From Malacoraja senta (lineage: Eukaryota), in contig CM075993.1 of NCBI GenBank assembly GCA_038087875.1, forward strand, positions 3,908,001 to 3,972,000: 64,000 nt of DNA, in the 5' to 3' direction. The position numbers and the translations under genes are program-made. This document shows, piece by piece, positions 1 through 27,174 of the stretch (position 1 is its first letter; every line of letters starts with the position of its first letter). Under the pieces are notes generated by a model. It made no database searches and had not been told where the DNA came from. It was given only the letters and a program-made list of their open reading frames with translations.

Positions 1-338
1 GGATCAAGACCAGGTTTCTTTAAGATTGGTGTGACACAGCAGTTTTGAAAGCAGAGGGGACAATTCCTTGGTCTCGAAGAAGGGTCTCGACCCGAAACGT
101 CACCCATTCCTTCTCTCCAGAGACGTTGCCTGTCCCGCTGAGTTACTCCAGCATTTTGTGTCTACCTTCAGATGTGCACCAAACAGCTTTTTTTCCCCCT
201 GAGGATTGGCCTTTGACCCTGCATCACTTTCAGAAGCATTTCCTGCATCGGATATCACCAATGTTGAAGTCCACTCTTTTCAACCTCTTCACTGACTTCA
301 TTCCCGTCTCTCGCCCACATCTCTCACGGGGTGGGATA

Positions 339-657
339 GGGCGGCACGGTGGTGCCGCGGTAGAGTTGCTGCCTTACAGCTCTTGCAGCGCCAGAGGTCC
401 AGGTTCGATCCCGACCAGGCGTGCTGTCTGTACGTTCTCCCCGTGACTGTGTGGGTTTTCTCCGAGATCTTTGGTTCCCTCCCACACTCCAAAGACGTAT
501 AGGTATGTAGGTAAATTGGCTTGGTAAAAATGTAAAAATTGCCCCTAGTGTGTGTGTGTGTGTGTAGGATAGTGTTAATGTGTGGGGATCGCTGGTCGGC
601 GCGGACCCAGTGGGCCGAATGGCCTGTTTCCGCGCTGTATCTCTAAACTAAACCAAA
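339..657 (+). mobile_element. tRNA-derived SINE (HE1/V-SINE-like)
   Basis: A-box-like ggtggtgccgcggtagag, B-box ggttcgatccc, V-domain-like core (gttctccccgtg...tgggttttctccg...cccacactccaaagac) and (aaact)n tail. Other copies near 4840-5142(-), 8200-8712(+), 16670-16920(-), 17755-18070(-), 40355-40485(-), 46220-46537(-), 47405-47643(-), 48565-48835(-), 61240-61537(-), 62005-62648(+, split by CR1). Confidence 0.85.
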
Positions 658-670
658 CTCTCGCCCACAG

Positions 671-17154
<16,484 letters not shown>

Positions 17155-17334
17155 GCCACAAGTCCTTGCCCGGAGTCAATAATATGAAGAAAGACAGCAA
17201 CATGCCTTGTAAAAATCTATTGACTTTTTTTTTAAATTTTGCAGCTATTTTCTGCAACAGATTCTCTTTTTCTCACCTTCTCAGTCATTGGTTCAACCTA
17301 ATGTTGTGGGTGCATTTTAAATTATGGTACTTTA

Positions 17335-17583
17335 GTTTAACTTAGTTTAGAGATACTAGAAACAGGCCCATCGGCCCATCGGGTCCGCGACCAGCGAGCC
17401 CCGCACATAGTAGGGGCAATTTTTACATTTATACTGAAGCCAATTAACCTACTAACCTGTACGTCTTTGGAGTGTGGGCGGAAACCGAAGATCTCGGAGA
17501 AAACCCACGCAAGTCACGGGGAGAACGTACAAACTCCGTACAGGCTCCGTAGTCAGACTGGAACCCGGGTCTCTGGCGCTGTG
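17335..17583 (-). mobile_element. Antisense SINE in the putative DUOX 3' UTR
   Basis: Reverse complement of the SINE family; lies between the stop (17154) and AATAAA (17673). Confidence 0.75.
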
Positions 17584-17672
17584 TGGAGATGGTTTCATGA
17601 CATTTCAACGGATACCATTGGTAAATTATGTAAATCTGTGCAAAATTTTTAAATGAAATGTAAAGGAAAAAA

Positions 17673-17678
17673 AATAAA
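17673..17678 (+). terminator. Candidate DUOX polyadenylation signal AATAAA
   Basis: First AATAAA seen after the stop codon, followed by a GT/T-rich tract at about 17682-17710. Usage not shown. Confidence 0.5.
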
Positions 17679-18542
17679 ATATTGTGATGTAGATTGGTAT
17701 CTTTTTGTCGAATGGCCATTTCTTTCCTAAAAGGAATTTAAATTCGAGGTTGAGGTTTACTTTAGTTTAGAGATACAGCGCGGACACAGGCCCTTCGGCC
17801 CACCGAGTCCGCACCGACCACTGATCACCCGCTTGCACTAGTTCTTGGTTCACCCCACTACCTCATCCACTCCCTACACACTACGGGCAATTTACAGAGG
17901 CTAATTAACCCACAAACATGCACATCTCTGGGATGAGGGAGGGAACCGGAGCACCCGGAGGAAACCCAACACGGCACACAGGGAGAACGTGCAAGCTCCA
18001 CACGGACAGCACCCGGGGTCAAGATCGAACCCGGGTCTCTGGCGCTGCGAGGCAGCAGCTCTACCCGCTGCAGCGTTGTGACCGCCACCATCATTTACCC
18101 ACCCCACCGGGTTCCGCAGATGAAACTGCTGAGCGAACATGCGCTGGACGTCAATGTGATGTTGAATGCCTCAAGACACATTCATCTGCTATTTCAGCAG
18201 GGATTGTCATTCAAAATAGAGTGATTGTCACTGCCATTAAAGCAATGTGTAAACGATGCAGTCAATTATTTGCTGAGTAATGTTCATATTATTAAATTCT
18301 GCGCATATATTCATATGAGTATGAAATATGAAGGCACTATCCGTGAAATACAATTTAGCGATCATCTTGAGGAGCTCAGTCTGAAAACAAAAATGTCCGA
18401 GATTCTCCCATTAATCAAGAAGGTGGAAATCTCTCCTTGGTTAATCCAGTTGTGGAGGGTTGGCTCCATTCACTAAGAGTCATAGAGTGATACAGTGTGG
18501 AAACAGGCCCTTCGGCCCAAATTCCCCACACCGACCAACATG

Positions 18543-21500
18543 GAGCAGCAGCTCGATGACCTCCGTCTGGTCAGGGAGAGCGAGGAAGTCATTGAGAGGA
18601 GTTACAGGGATGTGGTCACTCCAACACCACAGGAGGCAGGCAAGTGGATCACGGTTGGGAGAGGCAAGGGGCACAGGCAGGGACTAGAGAGTACCCCGGT
18701 GGCTGTACACCTTGACAATAAGTACTCCTGTTTGAGCACTGTTGGGGTGGACAGCCTACCTGGGGGTAGCGACAGCGGCCGGGCCTCCGGTATAGAGACC
18801 GGCCCTGTTGCTCAGAAGGGTAAGGAAAAGAAGAGGAGGGCAATACTAATAGGGGACCCTTTAGTTAGGGGGTCAGACAGGCGATTCTGTGGACGCAGTC
18901 GGGAGACCTGGATGGTAGTTTGCCTCCCTGGTGCCAGGGTCTGTGATGTGTCTCAACGTGTCCAAGATATCCTGAAAGGGCAGGGAGAGGAGCCCGAGGT
19001 CGTGGTACATATAGGTACCAATGACATAGGTAAAAAAAGAGAAGAGGTCCTGAAAGGAGAATTTAGGGAGTTAGGAGGGGAGTTAAAGAGAAGGACAGCA
19101 AAGGTAACAATCTCGGGATTACTGCCTGTGCCACGCGACAGTGAGAGTAGGAATGGAGCGAGGTGGAGGATAAATGCGTGGCTGAAGGACTGGTGCAGAA
19201 GGCAGGGATTCAAATTTCTGGATCATTGGGACCTCTTTTGTGGAAGGTTCGACCTGTACAAAAAGGATGGGTTGCACTTGAACCTGAGGGGGACCGATAT
19301 CCTGGCGGGGAGATCTGCAAAGGCTACTGGGGAGACATTAAACTAGAATGGTTGGGGGGTGGGACTCAAATAGAGAATGCTATTAGACAGTGTATGAGGC
19401 AGGAGGCAGAGAAGGAAAGCACTCAGACCCAACATGTTGGGGGGAAAGAAGAAAACAATAATAAACAGAGAATAAGAGGTGGTGGGGTTCTTAAATGGGT
19501 GAGCAGAGAAACAGAGGGGTGTAAAATGCGGGCGGAAGCAATAGGTAGCAAGGTGAAAAGTAAACGTGGCAGGCAGACAAATCCAGGGCAAAAATCAAAA
19601 AAGAGCCACTTTTCAACATAATTGTATAAGGGGTAAGAGCGTTGTAAAAACAAGCCTGAAGGCTTTGTGTCTCAATGCAAGGAGCATTCGCAATAAGGTG
19701 GATGAGTTGAACGTGCAGATAGCAATTAATGATTATGATATAGTTGGGATCATGGAGACATGGCTCCAGGGTGACCAAGGCTGGGAGCTGAACATCCAGG
19801 GATATTCAATATTCAGGAGGGATAGAGAGAAAGGAAAAGGAGGTGGGGTAGCGTTGCTGGTTAGAGAGGAGATTAACGCAGTGGAAAGGAAGGACATTAG
19901 CTTGGAGGATGTGGAATCGGTATGGGTAGAGCTGCGAAACACTAAGGGGAAGAAAACGCTGGTGGGTGTTGTGTACAGGCCACCTAGCAGTAGTAGTGAA
20001 GTTGGGGATGGCATCAAACAGGAAATTAGAAATGCGTGCAACAAAGGCAAAACAGTTATAATGGGTGACTTCAATCTACATATAGATTGGGTGAATCAAA
20101 TTGGCAGGGGTGCTGAGGAAGAGGATTTCTTGGAATGTATGCGGGATAGTTATCTAAACCAACATGTAGAGGAACCAACGAGAGAGCAGGCTATTCTAGA
20201 CTGGGTATTGAGTAATGAGGAAGGGTTAGTTAGCAGTCTTGTTGTGCGTGCCCCCTTGGGGCACGCACAACAAGAGTGACCATAATATGGTTGAGTTCTT
20301 CATTAGGATGGAGAGTGACATTGTTAATTCAGAAACAAGGGTTCTGAACTTAAAGAAAGGTAACTTTGAGGGTATGAGACGTGAATTGGCCAAGATTGAC
20401 TGGCAATTAGTTCTAAAACGGTTGACGGTGGATATGCAATGGAAGGCATTTAAAGACTGCATGGATGAACTACAAAAATTGTTCATCCCAGTTTGGCAAA
20501 AGAATAAATCAGGGAAGGTAGTGCATCCGTGGATAACAAGTGAAATCAGGGATAGTATCAAAGCAAAAGATGATGCGTACAAATTAGCCAGAAAAAGCAG
20601 CATGCCAGAGGACTGGGAGAAATTCAGAGACCAGCAGAGGAGGACAAAGGGCTTAATTAGGAAAGGGAAAATAGATTATGAAAGGAAACTGGCAGGGAAC
20701 ATAAAAACTGACTGCAAACGTTTTTATAGATATGTGAAGAGAAAGAGATTAGTTAAAACAAATGTAGGTCCCTTGCAGTCAGAAACAGGTGAATTGATCA
20801 TGGGGAACAAGGATATGGCGGACCAATTGAATAACTACTTTGGTTCCGTCTTCACTAAGGAAGACATAAATAATCTGCCGGAAATAGCAGAGGGCCGCGG
20901 GTCAAAGGAGATGGAGGAACTGAGTGAAATCAAGGTTAGTCGGGAAGTGGTGTTGGGTAAATTGAATGGATTAAAGGCCGATAAATCACCAGGGCCAGAT
21001 AGGCTGCATCCCAGAGTACTTAAGGAAGTAGCTCCAGAAATAGTGGATGCATTAGTGATAATTTTTCAAAACTCTTTAGATTCTGGAGTAGTTCCTGAGG
21101 ATTGGAGGGTAGCAAATGTAACCCCACTTTTTAAGAAGGGAGGGAGAGAGAAAATGGGGAATTACAGACCAGTTAGTCTAACATCGGTAGTGGGAAACTG
21201 CTAGAGTCAGTTATTAAAGATGGGATAGCAGCTCATTTGGAAAGTGGTGAAATCATTGGACAAAGTCAGCATGGATTTACGAAAGGTAAATCGTGTCTGA
21301 CGAATCTTATAGAATTTTTCGAGGATGTAACTAGTAGAGTGGATAGGGGAGAACCAGTGGATGTGTTGTATCTGGACTTTCAGAAGGCTTTCGACAAGGT
21401 ACCACATAAGAGATTAGGATACAAACTTAAATCACATGGTATTGGGGGTTCAGTATTGATGTGGATAGAGAACTGGCTGGCAAACAGGAAGCAAAGAGTA

Positions 21501-22559
21501 GGAGTAAACGGGTCCTTTTCACAATGGCAGGCAGTGACTAGTGGGGTACCGCAAGGCTCAGTGCTGGGACCCCAGCTATTTACAATTTATATTAATGATC
21601 TGGACGAGGGAATTGAAAGCAACATCTCCAAGTTTGCGAATGACACTAAGCTGGGGGGCAGTGTTAGCTGAGGAGGATGCTAGGAGACTGCAAGGTGACT
21701 TGGATAGGCTGGGTGAGTGGGCAAATGTTTGGCAGATGCAGTATAATGTGGATAAATGTGAGGTTATCCACTTTGGTGGCAAAAACGGGAAGGCAGACTA
21801 TTATCTAAATGGTGGCCGATTAGGAAATGGGGAGATGCAGCGAGACCTGGGTGTCATGGTACACCAGTCATTGAAAGTAGGCATGCAGGTGCAGCAGGCA
21901 GTGAAGAAAGCGAATGGTATGTTGGCCTTCATAGCAAGAGGATTTGAGTATAGGAGCAGGGAGGTTCTACTGCAGTTGTACAGGGTCTTGGTGAGACCAC
22001 ACCTGGAGTATTGTGTACAGTTTTGGTCTCCAAATCTGAGGAAGGACATTATAGCCATAGAGGGATGCAGAGAAGGTTCACCAGACTGATTCCTGGGATG
22101 TCAGGACTTTCATATGAAGAAAGACTGGATAGACTTGGCTTATACTCGCTAGAATTTAGGAGATTGAGAGGGGATCTTATAGAAACGTACAAAATTCTTA
22201 TGGGGTTGGACAGGCTAGATGCAGGAAGATTGTTCCCGATGTTGGGGAAGTCCAGGACAAAGGGTCACAGCTTAAGGATAAGGGGGAAATACTTTAAGAC
22301 CGAGATGAGGAAAAACTTTTTCACACAGAGTGGTGAATCTCTGGAACTCTCTGCCACAGAGGGTAGTTGAGGCCAGTTCATTGGCTATATTTAAGAGGGA
22401 GTTAGATGCGGCCCTTGTGGCTAAGGGGATCAGGGGGTATGGAGAGAAAGCAGGTACGGGATACTGAGTTGGATGATCAGCCATGATCATATTGAATGGC
22501 GGTGCAGGCTCGAAGGGCCGAATGGCCTACTCCTGCACCTATTTTCTATGTATCTATCT
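18543..22559 (+). mobile_element. Nearly full-length, inactivated CR1-clade LINE (ORF1 with SGNH esterase domain; ORF2 with APE endonuclease and reverse transcriptase)
   Basis: ORF1 has GD(P)LVR, LPGA, HIGTND and DGLHLN blocks. ORF2 has [56 protein letters not shown] and FAND (decayed FADD). Frame breaks near 20270, 21200, 21670 and 22065. (ttctatg)-type tail. Inserted in an older repeat (ccgaccaac-ATG...ATG-tcccag). Confidence 0.93.
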
Positions 22560-23269
22560 ATGTCCCAGTTACACTAGTCCCACCTGCCTGCGTTTGGTCC
22601 ATATCCCTCCAAACCTGTCCTGTCCATGTACCTGTCTAACTGTTTCTTAGACGTTGGGATAGTCCCAGCCTCAACTACCTCCTTTGGCAGCTTGTTCCAT
22701 ACACCCACCACCCTTTGTGTGAAAAGGTTACCCCTCAGATTCTTATTAAATCATTTCCCCTTCACCTTGCACCTATGTTGTTCTTTGGATGAAGGACCTA
22801 TTCTCCACGTCGGATGTCACTTGGATGAGGGTTGGATGTAACCACGTGAAAGACATCATTATCCATTGCTCAGAGCGACTTAGCACCACTGACTGAGTTG
22901 GCTAAAACCTTGCTTGACTGGGCATACGAAAGGACACAAAGAGTTGGAGTAACTCAGCAGGTCAGGTGGCATCTCTGGTGATCATGGAGAGGTGACCTTT
23001 CAGGTTGGGAACCTTCTTTGGACTGATTATGTGTTGGGGGCGAGGGGGGAGCTCCACGTAACTTTGTTCCCACCAAACTTGCTTCAGTAGAGAATCTTTT
23101 TCCTCCTTTCTCTCGTATTTACGGCTCTGGCCTTTAATTCCAATTCAAGCAGATTTCCATTTACACGAACCAAGATATGAAGAAGGCAGTCCGACGTCTA
23201 ATTCGTAGAGCCACCAAATATAGTCACTTCCTCCGGACAACCTGTCCGTTGAAGTCGAAGATAGACACA

Positions 23270-23725
23270 AATCAATCAATCAACCTTTATTGTCATCTTG
23301 CAAGCAACAGTTGTACAGTGCAAAATGAAAAGACGTTTCCCAGGGAATACCGGAGCATCGCACATGAAATTAAAAACATTTCACACATAATAACACTAAA
23401 AACAATCCCGTCCCTGATGGAACAGTATAAATAGTTAAAAAGTAGGTAAAAACAATGTTAAAACACATTAAAACCAATCATAAACATGTCCGGGGCGGCT
23501 GATTTGAGTGGCCAGTGCCAGTTATTGAAGTGGCCAGTGCCAGTTATTGAAGTGACCAGTGCCAGTTATTAAAGTGTCCGTGCCAAGCCGCAGAATCAGG
23601 TGACTGTGAGTACAGAGTGGCTGTTTAGCAGCCTCACAGCATATGGCAGGAAGCTGTTTAGCAGTCTTGTAGTCCGGGCTTTGATGCTGCGATATCTCTT
23701 GCCTGATGGCAGGAGATCCAGGTGT
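23270..23725 (-). mobile_element. Rex/Babar-like LINE 3' fragment
   Basis: LLPSGKRYRSIKARTTRLLNSFLPYAVRLLN C-terminal motif, (ttga)n tail, internal 22-bp tandem repeat at about 23507-23575. Confidence 0.7.
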
Positions 23726-24282
23726 ATGTGGAGGCTGGTATGTAAAATGCTGGAGTAACTCAGGCAGCATCTCTGGAGAGAAGGAATGGTTGACGTTTCG
23801 GGTCGAGACCCTTCTTCAGACTGAGTCAGGGAGAGAGGGAGACACAGAGATAAGGAAGCCTTAAAAAATATCCTTTTTGGTTGGTAGTGTTCCCGTAAAG
23901 CACAGGAGGACTTTATTTTTTTTTGGGTTTTTTTTGTAATATTTTTATTTATTAGAAGTATTGTACCTTGCAGTGATATCAACCAAAAATAACATAATAC
24001 ATTTCTTGTACCACTTCTTATTTTAAACTTTAAAAAGAAGAAAAATAGAAAGTTTGATAAGATAGTGAGTGCGTGAAAGAGTGATCCAGAGAAACCCATA
24101 GGAATGTGAACCACGAGAAAGAGTTAAACAGAAAACCAAAGAAAAAAATAGAGAACAGATGAAAGTAAAATAAGATAAGATAAAAGGGATGTACCTACTT
24201 CGTATCTTTACACACCCCTCACCAGGTCCTGAAACCATTTATTTTCAACATTTTGTTGCACCCTATGCTTGTAATAAGTCGA

Positions 24283-24771
24283 TACATAGATACATAGATA
24301 CATAGAAAATAGGTGCAGGAGTACGCCATTCGGCCCTTCGAGCCTGCACCGCCATTCAATATGATCATGGCTGATCATCCAACTCAGTATCCCGTACCTG
24401 CCTTCTCTCCATACCCCCTGATCCCTTTAGCCACAAGGGCCACATCTAACTCCCTCTTAAATATAGCCAATGAACTGGCCTCAACTACCCTCTGTGGCAG
24501 AGAGTTCCAGAGATTCACCACTCTCTGTGTGAAAAGGTTTTTCCTCATCTCGGTCTTAAAGGATTTCCCCCTTATCCTTAAGCTGTGACCCCTTGTCCTG
24601 GACTTCCCCAACATCGGGAACAATCTTCCTGCATCTAGCCTGTCCAACCCCATAAGAATTTTGTACGTTTCTATAAGATCCCCTCTCAATCTCCTAAATT
24701 CTAGCGAGTATAAGCCAAGTCTATCCAGTCTTTCTTCATATGAAAGTCCTGACATCCCAGGAATCAGTCTG
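24283..24771 (-). mobile_element. CR1 LINE 3' fragment, near-identical to the 3' end of the 18.5-22.6 kb element
   Basis: ORF 24384-24788 peptide; shares variants with 22085-22555. Confidence 0.9.
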
Positions 24772-25184
24772 GGATAAATGGAGACCAAATCTTTTGGAAA
24801 CAGGAGGACATTTTATAAGTTTAAATTGCCCTATGAAAGCAAGCTATTGTATCTTGTGGAGTCAGGCAATGAGCCAATTGTGAAAGAATATCAAGAGAGT
24901 GATCTAATATTGAGCAGCCTTGACATTTCATGTCTGATCATTTTGCGTTTTTGATTCATGGTGATTTCAAGGACGTTGATCGATGAATGGCAAAGGGTGA
25001 TATTTATCCTCACCCTTGTTGGAGCAGCCCATTACCTGATACCTGTGAAGCGCTTTGATACCTGTGAAACACACCTACTGATGTGTGTAGTCATTCATTG
25101 CTTCATAACTTGCAATGAAAGTGAACGCGGTTCAATTAATGAAGAGAGGCTGCATTGTTCTTTTGGGGAGGTTAGATCATTGAT

Positions 25185-25388
25185 TCCTTCTCCTTCTCCT
25201 TCTCCTTCTCCTTCTCCTTCTCCTTCTCCTTCTCCTTCTCCTTCTCCTTCTCCTCCTTCTCCTTCTCCTTCTCCTTCTCCTTCTCCTTCTCCTTCTCCTT
25301 CTCCTCCTTCTCCTTCTCCTTCTCCTTCTCCTTCTCCTCCTTCTCCTTCTCCTTCTCCTTCTCCTTCTCCTTCTCCTTCTCCTTCTCC
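25185..25388. repeat. (TCTCCT)n hexanucleotide microsatellite
   Basis: Directly visible; source of the SP/GE ORFs. Confidence 0.95.
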
Positions 25389-25594
25389 TACAGCGTGAGG
25401 AGGATGGAAGGTCCCCCTGGTGTCCTTAGCAACATTTATAGAAACATAGAAAATCAGTGCAGGAGTAGGCCATTCGGACCGTCGAGCCAGCACCACCATT
25501 CAATATGATCATGGCTGATCATCCAAAATCAGTACCCCGTTCCTGCTTTCTCCCAATATCCCTTGATTCCTTTAGCCCGAAGAACTAAATCTAA

Positions 25595-25888
25595 AGGGCC
25601 TGTCCCACTGTACGAGGTAATTCAAGAGCTCTCCCGAGTTTTAAAAAAATCAAACATATGGTAAGTACGTAGAATGTACGTCGGAGCTCGTGGATGTCCC
25701 GTAGCGGCTCGCAATGCTAACGGCAGGTACTCGGGAAACGCGGTAACTCGTGACGTTTTTTCAGCACTGTGAAAATGTCCACGAGAGCCCCAAGTACCTA
25801 CGAACGGCTATTACCGTAATTCTCCGAGTTCGAATCAGGGGAAACTCGGGAGAACTCTTGAATTACCTCGTACAGTAGGACAGGCCCT
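25595..25888. mobile_element. PIF/Harbinger-type MITE inserted in a CR1 3' end
   Basis: TAA followed by agggcctgtcccactgtacgaggtaattcaagag; matching inverted right end. Confidence 0.75.
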
Positions 25889-26504
25889 CTACTCTCTCTT
25901 GAAAACATCCAGTGAATTCCACAGATTCACAACTCTCTGGGTGAAAGAGTTTTTCCTCATCTCAGTCCTAAATGGCCGACCCCTTATTCCTCAGCAAACA
26001 TTAAAATCTGTTGGGCACCAGCTATGAATTCAAAAAAAGAAATGAATATAGCACTCTTCATGCTCCATATGCATCTTACAACTAATTAAGTTCATTTTAG
26101 GTTTAAGAAGGAACTGCAGATGCTGGAAAATCGAAGGTAGACAAAAATGCTGGAGAAACTCAGCGGGTGAGGCAGCATCTATGGAGCGAAGGAAATAGGC
26201 AACGTTTCTGGTCGAGACCCTTCTTCAGTTAACTTTAGGTGTGTTCCTTGGTGTGTAGAACCATTGATATTTTTCTCCAAAAAAAAATAATCGATTTTCG
26301 GAAATGAAGCCTTAACAAAAATGCTGAATTTCTCAGCCGGAACCTGTGTGCAGTGATTGCCAGCTAGATAGCCTCCACTATCACGGAGCACGCACCTGGT
26401 ATTGGCTCCACTCCATAGTCTCCTGACACAAAGGTTTGGGCGCGGCACGTTGATCCACACCTAGATCCTCGGCTTAAATGGAACAAAACTTGTTTCTATT
26501 ATTG

Positions 26505-26820
26505 GGGCAACCACGGTGGCGCAGCGGTAGAGTCGCTGCCTTACAGCGAATGCAGCGCCGGAGACCCGGGTTCGATCCCGACTACAGGTGCTGTCTGTAC
26601 GGAGTTTGTACGTTCTCCCCCGTGACCTGCGTGGGTTTTCTCCGAGATCTTCGGTTTCCTCCCCACACACTCCAAAGACGTACAGGTTTGCAGGTTAAGC
26701 GGCTTGGTGTATGTGTACAATTGTCCCTAGTGTGTTAATGTGCGGGGATCGCTGGTCGGCGCGGGCCCGCTGGGCCGAAGGGCGTGTTTCCGCGCTGTAT
26801 CTCCAAACTTAACTAAAACT
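26505..26820 (+). mobile_element. tRNA-derived SINE, full length
   Basis: A/B boxes, V-like core and aaact tail. Confidence 0.85.
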
Positions 26821-26861
26821 GAAAGCAAAGGTGAATACAACATCGATAAAAAAGAAAATAC

Positions 26862-26867
26862 TTTAAT
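26862..26867 (-). terminator. Candidate SORD polyadenylation signal ATTAAA
   Basis: ATTAAA on the minus strand about 160 nt after the stop, followed by a T-rich tract. Confidence 0.4.
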
Positions 26868-27026
26868 GATGCTTGGCGGAGACACAATTGTACGCACTTT
26901 GGGGAGAAAAGAGCTAGTTCCTTGCTTGAGTGTCTGAGGTCTGTCTTGAAGAGTTAAGTTGTCCAAACTCACACACATACCTGACAACCATTCAAACTTG
27001 TGTAGGAAGGAACCGCAGATGCTGGT

Positions 27027-27174
27027 TTAATCACACTTCAGCATCACTTTAATTCCCAGCTGTTTCTTTGTCGTTTCAAATGCTTCAATGGCCTGGCTCA
27101 ATGGGAAGTGATGCGTGATCAGAGGCTTCACGTCCACTTTCTTCGAAGCCAGCATCGAAATTGCCATGGGATAC
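27027..27174 (-). CDS. sord: SORD terminal coding exon: (T)[48 protein letters not shown]
   Basis: Minus strand ccgcaccag|G TAT CCC ATG...TGT GAT TAA. Phase matches the previous exon. Confidence 0.95.

Noticed and set aside
339..420. tRNA genes at SINE heads
   Set aside because: A/B boxes are followed by SINE body and tail, and no full cloverleaf is evident.
18495..19346. Host SGNH esterase gene
   Set aside because: It is ORF1 of the CR1 element, starts within a host repeat, and has GDP in place of the catalytic GDS.
24790..25180. Non-repeat intergenic blocks as possible enhancers (also about 18140-18470)
   Set aside because: Cannot be supported without conservation or chromatin data.
26727..27026. 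SORD frame stays open for 99 codons past the stop (possible read-through extension)
   Set aside because: TAA-A is not a leaky context; the peptide is unrecognisable and runs past the candidate poly(A) signal into an antisense SINE.
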